The notes below the pieces were generated by a model, which was not told where the DNA came from, made no database searches, and worked only from the letters and a program-made list of their open reading frames with translations. A program made the translations under genes and the position numbers. From an uncultured Haliea sp. (GTDB lineage: Bacteria; Pseudomonadota; Gammaproteobacteria; Pseudomonadales; Halieaceae): a DNA stretch of 64,000 bases. This document shows positions 29,445-40,647 of the stretch, piece after piece; positions within the stretch are counted from its first letter, which is position 1; each line of letters begins with the position of its first letter. The stretch is taken from positions 12,085-76,084 of the forward strand of contig CAMYIZ010000016.1 in assembly GCA_947258585.1 (NCBI GenBank), written 5' to 3'.

Positions 29445-30371
29445 TCAGGCGGAGCGCTGGCCGCGGGAGGCCAGCTCCGCGGCAAAGGCGTCGCGGGCGT
29501 CCTTGGCACGGTTGAAGGTGGCCAGCAGCATCTCGGCGTCCTGCTCCTCGATGGCGGCTCGCATCTGCTGCAGATGATCGCTGAACAAATCGATAGCCTG
29601 CAGCAGCGCCGGCCGGTTGGCAATGGCGATATCCCGCCACATTACCGGGTCGCTGGAGGCAATGCGGGTAAAGTCGCGAAAGCCGCCGGCGGCGAAGCGA
29701 AAGATGTCGGCGCTGGCGTCGCTCCGGGCCAGTGCGTCCACCAGTGCATAGGCGAGTACGTGGGGCAGGTGGCTGGTGGCCGCCAGGACCCGGTCGTGCT
29801 CCTCCACCTCCATGTCGACGACCTCTGCGCCGGTACTGGCCCACATGGCCCGTACCAGCTCCACTGCCAGCGGGTCATTGCCCGCCACCGGGGTCAGGAT
29901 GACCCGGTGGTGCAGAAACAGCCCGGCATCGGCCGCGTCCACACCGCTGCGCTCCGACCCGGCAATCGGGTGGCCCAGTACCAGCCGCGGCGGCATGCCG
30001 CCCCAGACCGCCTCGGCGGCGCTGCGCAGGTTGCCCTTGACGCTGGCGACATCGGTGATGACCGGCGGCTGGGCGCGCCCCTGCAGACGCGGCAGTATGC
30101 GCTCAAGCATCTGTGCCGCCACCAGGGTAGGGGTGGCGATGACGAGGATATCGGCGGCGTCCACCGCCTCTTCCAGGTCCAGGGTGTAGCTGTCGATAAT
30201 CCCCAGTTCGACCCCCCGCTGCAGCGACGCCTCGCGATGGCCCCAGCCAATACAGCGCCGGCAAAAGCCGTTGCCGCGCAGGGCTGCCGCCAGGGAACCG
30301 CCGATCAGGCCCAGCCCCAGCACGACGATCGTGGGGTTGCTGGCCGCCTGCTCCGCTGCCGGTTCGACCAT
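29445..30371 (-). CDS. tyrA: Prephenate/arogenate dehydrogenase
   Basis: GLGLIGGS, TDVASVK, GHPIAGSE, HD..LAATSHLPH, GGFRDFTRIASSDP..W. Confidence 0.95.
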   Translation of the reverse strand: MVEPAAEQAASNPTIVVLGLGLIGGSLAAALRGNGFCRRCIGWGHREASLQRGVELGIIDSYTLDLEEAVDAADILVIATPTLVAAQMLERILPRLQGRAQPPVITDVASVKGNLRSAAEAVWGGMPPRLVLGHPIAGSERSGVDAADAGLFLHHRVILTPVAGNDPLAVELVRAMWASTGAEVVDMEVEEHDRVLAATSHLPHVLAYALVDALARSDASADIFRFAAGGFRDFTRIASSDPVMWRDIAIANRPALLQAIDLFSDHLQQMRAAIEEQDAEMLLATFNRAKDARDAFAAELASRGQRSA

Positions 30372-30373
30372 GG

Positions 30374-31492
30374 CTAGAGCACCGCCCTGGGGTAGGAACC
30401 GAGCGGCTTCAACAGAATGGATTGTTCTTCCAGTTCGGCCACGATGCCGCGGATGGCCTCATCCTGCATATGACCCTCGAATTCGATGAAGAAGACATAG
30501 GCCCACTTCTCCGTGCGGGACGGTCGGGTGTCGATCCGGGTCAGGCTGACGCCGGCGCGGCGGAAGGGGTCCAGCAGGGTAAACAGGGCTCCCGGCTTGT
30601 TGCGACTGGAGACGATCAGGGAGGTCTTGTCGCGCCCGCTGGGGGGCACCTCCTCGCGGCCCACCACCAGGAACCGGGTGGTGTTGTCCGGGTAATCCTC
30701 GATGTGCTCGGCCAGCTTTTCCAGGCCGTACAGCTCCGCGGCCATGTCCCCCGCCACCGCGGCCACGCCGGGCGTGGTCGCCGCCAGCCGGGCGGCTTCG
30801 CCATTGCTGCTGACCGCCTCCCGTTCAACCTTCGGCCAGTGGCTGTCCAGCCAGTTGCGGCACTGGGCCAGCGCCTGCTGGTGGGCACAGATTCGGGTGA
30901 CGGACTCCTCGGTGGTACCGGGGGCCACGAGCAGGTGGTGGACGATGCGCATCTCCACCTCGCCGGAAATCTTCAGCGGCGAATCCATGAAGTTGTCGAG
31001 GGTATGGCTGACCATGCCCTCGGTGGAGTTCTCCACCGGTACCACCCCGTAGTTGCACTCCCCCGACTCGACCTGGGCGAATACGCTGTCGATGGTGTTC
31101 TGGGGCACGCAGATGGCGGCATGGCCAAAATGCTTGAGGGCAGCAGCCTGGGTAAACGTCCCCTCGGGGCCGAGGTAGCCGACCTGCAGGGGCCGCTCCA
31201 GTGCCAGGCAGGCGGACATGACCTCACGGAAAATGTGCGCGATCGCAGTCCCGGCCAGGGGACCCTCGTTGCGATCGATAATCCGCTGCAGGACCTGGGC
31301 CTCGCGCTCCGGCCGGTAGTACACCACTTCGGTCGCAGCCTCACCGCGCTCCCGGGCCGCCAGCACTTCCGCCAGCTTGATCTCGGCGACACGCTGGGCG
31401 CAGGCGGCGCGGCGCTGGATCAGCGCATGAATGTCCCGATCTATGGCGTCGATATCCGCCCTGACCTGATCAAGATCCCTGGTATCTGCCAT
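30374..31492 (-). CDS. pheA: Chorismate mutase/prephenate dehydratase (P-protein)
   Basis: CM domain (RADIDAID..RRA..RPERE), YLGPEGTF, PVENSTEG, NTTRF, C-terminal ACT domain. Confidence 0.97.
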   Translation of the reverse strand: MADTRDLDQVRADIDAIDRDIHALIQRRAACAQRVAEIKLAEVLAARERGEAATEVVYYRPEREAQVLQRIIDRNEGPLAGTAIAHIFREVMSACLALERPLQVGYLGPEGTFTQAAALKHFGHAAICVPQNTIDSVFAQVESGECNYGVVPVENSTEGMVSHTLDNFMDSPLKISGEVEMRIVHHLLVAPGTTEESVTRICAHQQALAQCRNWLDSHWPKVEREAVSSNGEAARLAATTPGVAAVAGDMAAELYGLEKLAEHIEDYPDNTTRFLVVGREEVPPSGRDKTSLIVSSRNKPGALFTLLDPFRRAGVSLTRIDTRPSRTEKWAYVFFIEFEGHMQDEAIRGIVAELEEQSILLKPLGSYPRAVL

Positions 31493-31508
31493 CAACCTGC
31501 CCGCCGCC

Positions 31509-32588
31509 TCAGCCCTTGCGTTGCTCGAAATCCTGCATGAAGGCAATCAGGGCATCCACTGCCTCCTCCGGCACCGCATTGTAGAGACTGGCGCGCATTC
31601 CGCCCACCGAGCGATGCCCCGCCAGGTTCAGCAGTCCCGCCGCGGTCGCTTCCTGCAGGAAAGCCTTGTCCAGGGTGGCGTCCGCCAGGGTGAAGGGCAC
31701 GTTCATCAGCGAGCGGCTGGGAATCTCCACCGGGTTGGCGTAGAACGCGCTGTCATCAATCGCGGCATACAGCTTCTGCGCCTTGCGCCGGTTGATCTCC
31801 GCCATCGCTGCCAGGCCGCCGAGATCCTTGAGCCAGTTAAACACCAGGTCGGCGAGGTACAGGGCAAACGTTGGCGGCGTGTTGTACATGGAATCGTTGT
31901 CAGCCGCCGTCTTCCAGTCCAGCATGGCCGGGCAACTGGCGCGCGAGCGACCCAGCAGCTCGCGGCGCACGATCACCAGGGTCAGGCCCGCGGGACCGAT
32001 ATTTTTCTGGGCGCCGGCATAGATGACCCCAAAGCGGGAGACATCCAGTGGCCGCGACAGGATGGTGGACGACATATCCGCCACCAGCGGCACCGCCACC
32101 TCGGGCACCCAGTGGAACTCGACCCCGCCGATAGTCTCGTTGGGCGTGTAGTGCAGGTACGCGGCATCCGCGGCCAGTTGCCAGCTGTCGCGGGAGGGAA
32201 TGGTGCTGAAGTTGGTGTCCTCGGCGCTGGCAGCGACCCTGGCCGAGCCGAAACGCTTGCCCTCGGCTATGGCTTTCTTCGACCACTGCCCGGTGTTCAG
32301 GTAGTCGGCGCTGCCACCCTCCGGCAACAAATTCAGCGGCACGGCGGCAAACTGGGTGCTGGCGCCACCCTGCAGGAACAGCACCGCATAGTCGTCGGGG
32401 ATTGCCAGCAGTTCCCGCAGAGTGGACTCGGCGTGCTCGGCAATGCCCACGAACTCGGCGCTGCGGTGGCTCATTTCCATCACCGACAGGCCACGGCCGT
32501 GCCAGTCCAGCATATCGTTGCGTGCGGTTTCCAGCACTGGCACCGGCAGGGCTGCCGGGCCGGCGCAAAAGTTGTACAAGCGGGTCAT
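31509..32588 (-). CDS. serC: Phosphoserine aminotransferase
   Basis: NFCAGPA, EMSHRS, GAQKNIGPAG, NTPP, GHRSVGGMRASLYNA. Confidence 0.98.
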   Translation of the reverse strand: MTRLYNFCAGPAALPVPVLETARNDMLDWHGRGLSVMEMSHRSAEFVGIAEHAESTLRELLAIPDDYAVLFLQGGASTQFAAVPLNLLPEGGSADYLNTGQWSKKAIAEGKRFGSARVAASAEDTNFSTIPSRDSWQLAADAAYLHYTPNETIGGVEFHWVPEVAVPLVADMSSTILSRPLDVSRFGVIYAGAQKNIGPAGLTLVIVRRELLGRSRASCPAMLDWKTAADNDSMYNTPPTFALYLADLVFNWLKDLGGLAAMAEINRRKAQKLYAAIDDSAFYANPVEIPSRSLMNVPFTLADATLDKAFLQEATAAGLLNLAGHRSVGGMRASLYNAVPEEAVDALIAFMQDFEQRKG

Positions 32589-32627
32589 TGCGGGTCTTTC
32601 CTCAGATTGGCGGGAGCGCTGGACGCC

Positions 32628-35195
32628 TCATTCCGGGGCGTCTTCAGCCCCTTCGGTAGAATCGATTTCCGGTTCAGCGATACGTTCAACGCTGACCAGG
32701 AATTCCTCGGGCCGGGTGCGGATCACACGCACCCCCTGGGTGTTCCGGCCCAGCAGGGATACCTCCTCGGCACGTGTGCGCACCAGGGTACCCTGGTTGG
32801 AGATCAGCATCAGTTCATCGCCATCGAACACCTGCACGGCGCCCACCAGGCGCCCGTTGCGCTCGCTGGTCGACATGGCGATCACGCCCATGTTGCCGCG
32901 ACCCTTGGTCGGGAACTCCGCCGCTTCAGTGCGCTTGCCGTAGCCGTTTTCACTCACGGTGAGAATGCGGCCGCCCTCGCGCGGGACAATCAGGGAGATC
33001 AGCTGGTGGTCCTTGCCCAGGCGAATGCCGCGCACGCCGCGGGCGGTCCGCCCCATGGCGCGCACATCTTCCTCGCGGAAGCGCACCGCCTTGCCCTCGC
33101 TGGAAAACAGCATGACGTCGCAGTTGCCGTCGGTGATCGCGGTGCCGATCAGCACGTCGCCCTCATCCAGCTCCAGGGCCCGCAGGCCCACGCTGCGCTG
33201 GCGCGAGAAATCGGTCAGCGCGGTCTTCTTCACCGTGCCATTGGCCGTGGCCATGAAGATATACCAACCCTCGGTGTACTCATTGACCTGCAGGATGGAG
33301 GTCACCCGCTCGCCCTCTTCCAGCGGCAACAGGTTGACCATCGGCCGGCCGCGGGAATTGCGCCCGGCCAACGGAATCTGGTACACCTTCAGCCAGTACA
33401 CCTTGCCCATGTTGGTAAAGCAGAGAATGGTGGCGTGGGTGCTGGCGATCAGCAGGTGCTCGACGAAGTCCTCGTCCTTCACCGCCGTGGCGCTGCGGCC
33501 CGTGCCGCCGCGGCGCTGGGCCTGGTAGTCGGACAGGGGCTGGGTCTTGGCGTAGCCCCCGTGGGAGATGGTGACCACCCGGTCTTCCTCGGTGATCAGG
33601 TCTTCGACAGTGAGGTCGTGCTGGGAGGCACTGATCTCGGTCAGGCGCTCGTCGCCAAACTCGGTGACGATCTCCTCGAGCTCCTCGCGGATCACCAGCT
33701 TGAGACGCTCCGGGTCGGCGAGGATTTCCAGGTAGTCGGCGATCTCACGCAGCTTCTCATCGTACTCGTTGAGCAGCTTTTCGTGCTCCAGGCCGGTCAG
33801 CCGGTGCAGGCGCAAATCCAGAATGGCCTGGGCCTGAGCCGGCGACAGGTAGTACTGACCGTCGCGAAGCCCGTAGTGGGGGTCCAGTTCGTCCGGGCGG
33901 CAGGCGTCGTCGCCCGCGCGCTGCAGCATGGCGGTCACCTCGCCCGGGGACCAGGCGCGGGCCATCAGGCCCTCTTTCGCCTCCGAGGAGCTGGGAGAGG
34001 CCTTGATCAGCTCGATGATGGGGTCGATATTGGCCAGCGCCACCGCCAGGCCTTCCAGCAGGTGGCCGCGTTCGCGGGCCTTGCGCAGCAGGTAGACCGT
34101 GCGCCGGGTTACCACCTCGCGGCGGTGGCGGATAAAGGCTTCCAGGATCTGCTTCAGGTTCAGCAGTTTCGGCTGGCCATCGACCAGGGCCACCATATTG
34201 ATGCCGAATACCGCCTGCAGCTGGGTCTGGGCATAGAGGTTGTTGAGGACCACATCGCCGATCTCCCCCCGGCGCAGTTCGATGACCACCCGCATGCCAT
34301 CCTTGTCGGACTCGTCGCGCAGCTCCGAAATGCCCTCGATCTTCTTTTCCTTCACCAGCTCGGCAATGCGCTCGATCAGGCGGGCCTTGTTCAGCTGGTA
34401 GGGCAGCTCGTGGATGATGATGACATCGCGGCCCTTCTTCTCCTCGTGGATCACCTCCGCCTTGGCCCGGACGTAAATGCGCCCGCGGCCGGTGCGATAG
34501 GCCTGGATGATGCCCGCGCGGCCGTTGATGATCGCACCCGTGGGGAAGTCCGGACCGGGGATATGGTCCATCAGTTCATCGACCGTGAGGTCCGGATTGC
34601 CCATCAGGGCCAGGCAGCCGCTGACCACCTCGCGCAGGTTGTGCGGCGGGATATTGGTGGCCATGCCCACCGCGATACCGGAGGAACCGTTGATCAGCAG
34701 GTTCGGGACCCGGGTGGGCATCACCGCCGGAATCCGCTCGGTGCCGTCGTAGTTGTCTACAAAGTCAACGGTTTCCTTGTCCAGGTCCGCGAGGATGGAG
34801 TGGGAAATCTTGCGCATGCGGATTTCGGTGTAGCGCATGGCGGCCGCGGAGTCGCCATCGACGGAGCCGAAATTACCCTGGCCGTCCACCAGCATGTAGC
34901 GCATGGAAAAGGACTGGGCCATGCGTACAATGGTGTCATAGACCGCCGAATCCCCGTGGGGGTGATACTTACCGATCACGTCACCAACGATACGCGCAGA
35001 CTTCTTGTAGCCCTTGTTCCAGTCGTTGTTGAGCTCGTTCATGGCAAACAGGACACGCCGGTGTACCGGCTTCAGGCCGTCGCGCACATCCGGTAGGGCG
35101 CGGCCGACAATGACACTCATGGCGTAGTCGAGGTAGGACTGCTTGAGCTCGTCCTCGATGTTGACGGGAAGAATTTCCTTGGCTAACTCACCCAT
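32628..35195 (-). CDS. gyrA: DNA gyrase subunit A
   Basis: [34 protein letters not shown], GyrA box QRRGG.G. Confidence 0.99.
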   Translation of the reverse strand: MGELAKEILPVNIEDELKQSYLDYAMSVIVGRALPDVRDGLKPVHRRVLFAMNELNNDWNKGYKKSARIVGDVIGKYHPHGDSAVYDTIVRMAQSFSMRYMLVDGQGNFGSVDGDSAAAMRYTEIRMRKISHSILADLDKETVDFVDNYDGTERIPAVMPTRVPNLLINGSSGIAVGMATNIPPHNLREVVSGCLALMGNPDLTVDELMDHIPGPDFPTGAIINGRAGIIQAYRTGRGRIYVRAKAEVIHEEKKGRDVIIIHELPYQLNKARLIERIAELVKEKKIEGISELRDESDKDGMRVVIELRRGEIGDVVLNNLYAQTQLQAVFGINMVALVDGQPKLLNLKQILEAFIRHRREVVTRRTVYLLRKARERGHLLEGLAVALANIDPIIELIKASPSSSEAKEGLMARAWSPGEVTAMLQRAGDDACRPDELDPHYGLRDGQYYLSPAQAQAILDLRLHRLTGLEHEKLLNEYDEKLREIADYLEILADPERLKLVIREELEEIVTEFGDERLTEISASQHDLTVEDLITEEDRVVTISHGGYAKTQPLSDYQAQRRGGTGRSATAVKDEDFVEHLLIASTHATILCFTNMGKVYWLKVYQIPLAGRNSRGRPMVNLLPLEEGERVTSILQVNEYTEGWYIFMATANGTVKKTALTDFSRQRSVGLRALELDEGDVLIGTAITDGNCDVMLFSSEGKAVRFREEDVRAMGRTARGVRGIRLGKDHQLISLIVPREGGRILTVSENGYGKRTEAAEFPTKGRGNMGVIAMSTSERNGRLVGAVQVFDGDELMLISNQGTLVRTRAEEVSLLGRNTQGVRVIRTRPEEFLVSVERIAEPEIDSTEGAEDAPE

Positions 35196-35314
35196 GTACT
35201 ACAGCTTCCTTTTATGCCTGCGATGAGCGTTTCGCGCGCGCTCTGCGAAACGGCTCCGGGCGGGTGCCCGGCGGCCGGTTGCAGACCTCAGTCAGCGCCC
35301 GACGCAAACCCGCA

Positions 35315-35400
35315 ATTATACGGAAGAAGCCCGGCTGCCGCCATGTTTTTGCAGATTTTGGCGGCCGTTCGGGCAGTGATCGGGGATTTCCGGTTATACT
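35315..35400. promoter_or_regulatory. Divergent -10 elements for gyrA (minus) and mtaD (plus)
   Basis: TATAAT on the minus strand at 35320-35315; TATACT on the plus strand at 35395-35400; weak -35 boxes. Confidence 0.5.
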
Positions 35401-35481
35401 TGCGAACTCGCGAGTTGCGGCGGCCAACACCTGCCTGAAGGGGCGCCGACAGCGTTCACCATCACCCCGGGCCCAGACTTC

Positions 35482-36813
35482 ATGACCGCGCTGCCAGACA
35501 CTGTCGACACCCTCATCCACCCGGGCTGGATCCTGCCCATGGCGCCCGCCAACAGCGTGCTCACGGACTACAGCCTGGCCGTGAGCGGCGGTCGCATCGT
35601 CGCCGTCCTGCCACGCCGGGAGGCAGCCACCATCGGCGCCCGCGAAGTGTTCGAACTGCCCGGCCACGCCCTGCTGCCGGGCCTGGTCAATGCCCACGGC
35701 CACGCGGCGATGTGCCTGTTGCGGGGCTACGCCGACGACCTGCCACTCATGCCCTGGCTGGAGCAGCACATCTGGCCGGCGGAGGGCCGGCATGTCAGCG
35801 AAGACTTTGTCAGCGACGGGGTGGAGCTGGCCATCGCCGAGATGCTGCGGGCCGGCACCACGACTTTCTCCGACATGTATTTCTTCCCCGACGCCTGCGC
35901 CCGGGTGGCCCAGGCCCGGGGCATGCGCTGCCAGATCACCTTTCCGATCCTCGATTTCCCCACGCCCTGGGCCCGGGACGCGGACGAATACATCAGCAAG
36001 GGCCTGGCCCTGCGGGACACGCTCAAGCACAGCAGCCTGGTCAGCCTCGGCTTTGGCCCCCACGCGCCCTACACGGTGAGCGAGGCAACCCTGGCCCGCG
36101 TCGCCATCCTCGCCGCGGAGCTGGATATACCGGTGCAGATCCATCTGCACGAAACCCCCGGCGAGGTGCTGCAGGCAGTGGAGGCCAACGGCGAGCGGCC
36201 GCTGGACAGCCTGCACCGCCTGGGCCTGCTGGGACCGCGCACCCAGTGCGTGCACATGACCGACCTGGGGGCCCAGGACATTGCCCTGCTGGCCGAGACC
36301 GGCGCCCACGTGGTGCACTGCCCCCAGTCCAACATGAAACTGGCCTCGGGCAGCTGCCCGGTGAGCAAGCTGCTGGCAGCGGGCGTCAATGTCGCCCTGG
36401 GCACGGACAGCGCCGCCAGCAACAACGACCTGAATCTGTTCGGGGAAATGCAGACCGCCGCCCTGCTGGCCAAACTGGGCACCGGTGACGCCAGCGCCCT
36501 GCCCGCCGCCCAGGCGCTGGCCATGGCCACCCTCGGCGGCGCCCGGGCCCTCGGGCTGGACGACCAGATCGGCAGCCTGGAGCCGGGCAAACTGGCGGAC
36601 ATGATCGCCGTGGATCTCAGCGGCCCCGAGACCCAACCGCTGTACAACCCCTTGTCGCAACTCGTGTACGCCTGCAACGGCAGCCAGGTGACCCACAGCT
36701 GGATCGGTGGCGAGCTGAAACTGCGGGACCGGCAACTGACCGGCTTTGATCTCGAAGCCCTGGGCCAGCGCAGCAGACGCTGGCAGCAACGAATTACAGG
36801 AACCCATGCATGA
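35482..36813 (+). CDS. TRZ/ATZ family amidohydrolase (MTA/SAH deaminase-like)
   Basis: [43 protein letters not shown]; conserved position upstream of ubiG. Confidence 0.9.
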   Translation: MTALPDTVDTLIHPGWILPMAPANSVLTDYSLAVSGGRIVAVLPRREAATIGAREVFELPGHALLPGLVNAHGHAAMCLLRGYADDLPLMPWLEQHIWPAEGRHVSEDFVSDGVELAIAEMLRAGTTTFSDMYFFPDACARVAQARGMRCQITFPILDFPTPWARDADEYISKGLALRDTLKHSSLVSLGFGPHAPYTVSEATLARVAILAAELDIPVQIHLHETPGEVLQAVEANGERPLDSLHRLGLLGPRTQCVHMTDLGAQDIALLAETGAHVVHCPQSNMKLASGSCPVSKLLAAGVNVALGTDSAASNNDLNLFGEMQTAALLAKLGTGDASALPAAQALAMATLGGARALGLDDQIGSLEPGKLADMIAVDLSGPETQPLYNPLSQLVYACNGSQVTHSWIGGELKLRDRQLTGFDLEALGQRSRRWQQRITGTHA

Positions 36814-37526
36814 CCGCACAAGCGAACGTCGATCCAAAGGAAATCGCCAAGTTCGAGGCGCTGGCCTCGCGCTGGTGGGACCGCAACAGCGAGTTCAAGC
36901 CCCTGCATGACATCAATCCGCTGCGGGCCAACTACATCGACGAGCATTCAGCAGTGGCCGGCAAGAACCTGGTGGATGTGGGCTGCGGCGGCGGCATCCT
37001 GGCGGAAGCCATGGCCCAGCGCGGCGCCCGGGTGACCGGTATCGACATGGGCGAGGCGCCGCTGGCCGTGGCGCGCATCCACCAGCTGGAATCCGGCGTG
37101 GATGTGGATTACCGGCAGACCACGGCGGAGGAACTGGCGGCGGAACAGCCGGCTCATTACGACGTGGTCTGTTGCCTGGAGATGCTGGAACATGTGCCGG
37201 ACCCCGCCGCGGTCGTCGCCGCCTGTGCGGCGCTGGCCACCCCTGGCGCCTCCCTGTACTTCTCCACCATCAACCGCAATCCCAAGGCGTTTGCCTTCGC
37301 CATTGTCGGTGCCGAGTACGTCTTGAAACTGCTGCCCGCCGGTACCCACGAATACGGCAAGTTCATCAAGCCCTCGGAGCTGGCCGCCTGGATCCGGGCG
37401 GCCGGACTGAGCCTCGAGGGCATGACCGGCCTGGTCTACAACCCGTTCAGCAAGCAGTATCGCCTGCATCCCCGGGACGTTTCGGTCAACTACATGGTGC
37501 GGGCGGTAAAGCCCGCGGCAGCGTGA
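36810..37526 (+). CDS. ubiG: Ubiquinone biosynthesis O-methyltransferase
   Basis: [43 protein letters not shown]. Confidence 0.97.
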   Translation: MTAQANVDPKEIAKFEALASRWWDRNSEFKPLHDINPLRANYIDEHSAVAGKNLVDVGCGGGILAEAMAQRGARVTGIDMGEAPLAVARIHQLESGVDVDYRQTTAEELAAEQPAHYDVVCCLEMLEHVPDPAAVVAACAALATPGASLYFSTINRNPKAFAFAIVGAEYVLKLLPAGTHEYGKFIKPSELAAWIRAAGLSLEGMTGLVYNPFSKQYRLHPRDVSVNYMVRAVKPAAA

Positions 37527-38203
37527 AGCGCCCGGACCCGGCCGCGCTCAAGGCGGTCATCTTCGACCTCGATGGCACCCTGGTGGATACCGCCAGTGAG
37601 TTCGTGGTGGTGGTGCAGGCACTGCGCGCGGAGTTCGACTTGCCCCCCCTGGAGCCCGCGCGTATCCGCGCCAGCGTCTCCAATGGCGCCCGGGCCCTGG
37701 TCACCCTGGCCCTGGGCACCCTGGAGACGGAACCGGCGTTCGAACGGCAGCGGCTGCGATTGCTGGAGCTGTACAGTGAGGTACTGGGCAGCAGTGCCCG
37801 CCCCTACCCGGGTATCGAGCAGCTGCTGGAGGAGCTGTCGCACCGCGGTATCGGCTGGGGCATTGCCACCAACAAACCGCGGGCCTACGCCGCGCCACTG
37901 ATGAGCCGCCTGGCCCTGCAACCGCCCATGGGCAGCCTGGTCTGCCCCGATGACGTCGCCGAGCGCAAGCCCCACCCGGAGTCGCTGCTGCGCAACTGCC
38001 GGGAACTGGGCTGCCAGCCTGGCCAGGCTGTGTATGTCGGCGATCACCAGCGCGATATCGAGGCCGGCCTGCGCGCCGGCATGTTCACCATCGCGGCGCT
38101 GTACGGCTATATTGAGGCGGACGATGACCCAGCCCTGTGGGGCGCCGATGCCAGCGCCGCCTGCAGCACCCACCTGCGGGACCTGATCCTCGCCCCCCAC
38201 TGA
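37523..38203 (+). CDS. HAD-IA hydrolase (phosphoglycolate phosphatase/MupP-like)
   Basis: GTG start; [30 protein letters not shown]. Confidence 0.9.
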   Translation: MKRPDPAALKAVIFDLDGTLVDTASEFVVVVQALRAEFDLPPLEPARIRASVSNGARALVTLALGTLETEPAFERQRLRLLELYSEVLGSSARPYPGIEQLLEELSHRGIGWGIATNKPRAYAAPLMSRLALQPPMGSLVCPDDVAERKPHPESLLRNCRELGCQPGQAVYVGDHQRDIEAGLRAGMFTIAALYGYIEADDDPALWGADASAACSTHLRDLILAPH

Positions 38204-38220
38204 CCGCCAACGGAGCATCC

Positions 38221-38982
38221 ATGGACATCCAGACTATACCCGCCGACTACAGCCCAGCCCCCGACCTGCTGCGGGGCAAGGTGGTCCTGGTCACCGGCGC
38301 CGGTGACGGCATCGGCCGCGCCGCGGCGGAAAGCTACGCTGCCCACGGCGCCACGGTGGTGCTACTCGGCCGCACCCTGGCCAAGCTGGAAGCGGTGTAC
38401 GACGCGATCGAAGCGGCCGGCGGCGCCCAGCCCGCGCTGTTCCCGCTGGACCTGGCCAGCGCCACCGAGGCCGACTACAGCACCTTGGCCGATGCCCTGG
38501 ACAGTACCTTCGGACGCCTCGATGGCCTGCTGCACAACGCCAGCCTGCTGGGGGAGCGGCGCCCCATCGCCAATGCGACCTGGAATGCCTGGTCGGACGT
38601 GATGCAGGTCAACGTCAACGCCCAGTTCCTGTTGAGCAGGGCCACCCTGCCGCTGCTGGAGCAGGCGCCGCTGGCATCGGTGATCTTTACCTCGTCCGGC
38701 GTGGGCCGCCAGGGTCGCGCCTACTGGGGAGCCTACGCGGTGTCGAAGTTCGCCACCGAGGGACTGATGCAGGTGCTGGCGGACGAACTGGAGAATACCT
38801 CGCGGATCCGGGTAAACAGCCTCAACCCCGGCGCGACCAACACCGCCATGCGCCGCAGCGCTTACCCGGCTGAGACCCCCACGGAGAACCCCTCACCGGC
38901 CGCAATCATGCCGACCTACCTGTACCTGATGGGGGATGACAGTGCCGGGGTGACCAAGCAGGCATTCGACGCCCAGCCCTGA
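38221..38982 (+). CDS. yciK: YciK family SDR oxidoreductase
   Basis: VTGAGDGIG, LHNAS, FTSSGVGRQGRAYWGAYAVSKFATEG, NPGATNTAMR. Confidence 0.9.
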   Translation: MDIQTIPADYSPAPDLLRGKVVLVTGAGDGIGRAAAESYAAHGATVVLLGRTLAKLEAVYDAIEAAGGAQPALFPLDLASATEADYSTLADALDSTFGRLDGLLHNASLLGERRPIANATWNAWSDVMQVNVNAQFLLSRATLPLLEQAPLASVIFTSSGVGRQGRAYWGAYAVSKFATEGLMQVLADELENTSRIRVNSLNPGATNTAMRRSAYPAETPTENPSPAAIMPTYLYLMGDDSAGVTKQAFDAQP

Positions 38983-38994
38983 CCCCGGGGAGAC

Positions 38995-39912
38995 TTACTT
39001 TCTACCCGGCTTGCGCGGTGAACGCCGGCCGGGGGCGGTGGGCACCGGCCCCTTGCGCTTGCCGAACTGGCGCTCCATCACTTCCTTTTCCTTGATCGTG
39101 TTGCGCTTGATCTTCTTCGGTTCCAGCTTGGCCAGCTGATACAGCGCCTTGACTTCCTTCGGCTCCATCTCCGCCCACTGGCCCTGCTTGACCTTGGAGG
39201 GGATGAAGACATTGCCGTAGCGCACCCGCTTCAGGCGTGAAACGGTGAGACCCTGGGATTCCCACAGGCGCCGTACCTCGCGGTTGCGGCCCTCCATCAG
39301 TACCACATAGTACCAGTGGTTGATCCCGTCGCCGCCGCCATCCTGGATGTCAGAGAAGCGGGCGACCCCGTCGTCCAGCATTACTCCCTCGAGCAGGCGC
39401 GCGAGCACCGCCTCGTCGACGCCACCCATCACCCGCACCATGTATTCACGCTCGATATTGGCCGAGGGGTGCATCAGGGCATTGGCCAGCTCGCCGTCGG
39501 TGGTGAACAGCAGCAGGCCGGAGGTATTGAAGTCGAGTCGGCCGATGGAGATCCAGCGCCCGGACTTGATCTTGGGCAGGCGCTCGAACACCGTGCGCCG
39601 ACCCTGCGGGTCCTTGCGGCTGCAGACCTCGCCGGTGGGCTTGTGATAGAGGATACAGCGGGTCTGCTCCGCGGGGACGGGCTCCAGCGGCTTGCCGTCG
39701 ATGCTGATGCGATCGCGCTCGGTCACCCGGTCGCCCAGCGCAGCGCGCTTGCCCTCCACCTCCACGCGACCCTCTTCGATCCAGCGCTCCATTTCCCGAC
39801 GTGAACCGAGGCCGGTACGAGCCAGGACTTTCTGCAGTTTTTCTCCGGCGACGGCGGCTGCCTGGGGGGCGGCGGCCGCCGCAGTCGGGGCTTCAAGCTT
39901 GCGTTTGCTCAA
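38995..39912 (-). CDS. rluB: 23S rRNA pseudouridine synthase B
   Basis: S4 domain (EKLQKVLA..G.GSRR), GRLDFNTSGLLL, EGRNREVRRLWE. Confidence 0.95.
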   Translation of the reverse strand: MSKRKLEAPTAAAAAPQAAAVAGEKLQKVLARTGLGSRREMERWIEEGRVEVEGKRAALGDRVTERDRISIDGKPLEPVPAEQTRCILYHKPTGEVCSRKDPQGRRTVFERLPKIKSGRWISIGRLDFNTSGLLLFTTDGELANALMHPSANIEREYMVRVMGGVDEAVLARLLEGVMLDDGVARFSDIQDGGGDGINHWYYVVLMEGRNREVRRLWESQGLTVSRLKRVRYGNVFIPSKVKQGQWAEMEPKEVKALYQLAKLEPKKIKRNTIKEKEVMERQFGKRKGPVPTAPGRRSPRKPGRK

Positions 39913-40646
39913 TGGATTGGGTCCGAATCGGGTGGTATTGCGTTGCTGTCAGCGGCGTCCGCGGCTGACTCGTCGTCCTCTGCTTCGGCATCCGGGGCCA
40001 GCCCGGAGACCAGGCTGAGATTCGCGGGAGCAGCCGCGACCGCTGCGCTGCCATCGGCATCATTGGCGGCGGACTCCGGTGGGTCGTTGAAACCCAGTTC
40101 CGCGTTCAGGGTCTCCAGGTCACGAATTTCCGCCAGCGCCGGGAGCTGGTCCAGGTTCTTGAGATTGAAATAGTCGAGGAACTGGCGGGTCGTCGCATAC
40201 ATTGCGGGACGCCCGGGCACATCGCGGTGTCCGACCACGCGAATCCACTCGCGCTCGTGCAGGGTCTTGATGATGTTGGAACTCACCGCCACCCCGCGGA
40301 TCTCCTCGATCTCCCCCCGGGTAATCGGCTGGCGATAGGCAATCAGCGCCAGCGTCTCCAGCAGGGCGCGGGAGTATTTCTGCGGACGTTCCTGCCACAG
40401 GCGAGCCACCCAGGGGGCCAGGGACTGGCGCACCTGGTAACGAAAACCGCCCGCCACCTCGCACAGCTCGAAACCGCGCTCCGCGCAGCGCTCGGCTGCG
40501 GCAGCCAGCGCCTCGCGGATATCCGCCGGGGATGGCCGCTCGTGCTCCTCAAACAGTTCTCCCAACTGGGCCGGGGTCAGCGGCCTGCCGGCGGCCAGCA
40601 GCGCGCCCTCGACAATCTGCACCAGGGTGGAGTTCGTTTCCGACAT
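39909..40646 (-). CDS. scpB: SMC-Scp complex subunit ScpB
   Basis: IVEGALLAA, EVAGGFR, YSRALLETLA.IAYRQPITR.EIE.IRGV, PGRP.MYATT. Confidence 0.95.
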   Translation of the reverse strand: MSETNSTLVQIVEGALLAAGRPLTPAQLGELFEEHERPSPADIREALAAAAERCAERGFELCEVAGGFRYQVRQSLAPWVARLWQERPQKYSRALLETLALIAYRQPITRGEIEEIRGVAVSSNIIKTLHEREWIRVVGHRDVPGRPAMYATTRQFLDYFNLKNLDQLPALAEIRDLETLNAELGFNDPPESAANDADGSAAVAAAPANLSLVSGLAPDAEAEDDESAADAADSNAIPPDSDPIH

Positions 40647-40647
40647 C

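Noticed and set aside
29416-29447. Frameshifted tyrA-aroA fusion (pseudogene)
   Set aside because: Both halves are full length, with their own stop and start and a purine-rich SD-like stretch.
31521-35096. 1191-aa plus-strand ORF
   Set aside because: Shadow of gyrA and serC on the opposite strand. The same applies to the other long antisense ORFs (e.g. 18331-20148, 35212-36837, 40627-42270, 48304-50139).
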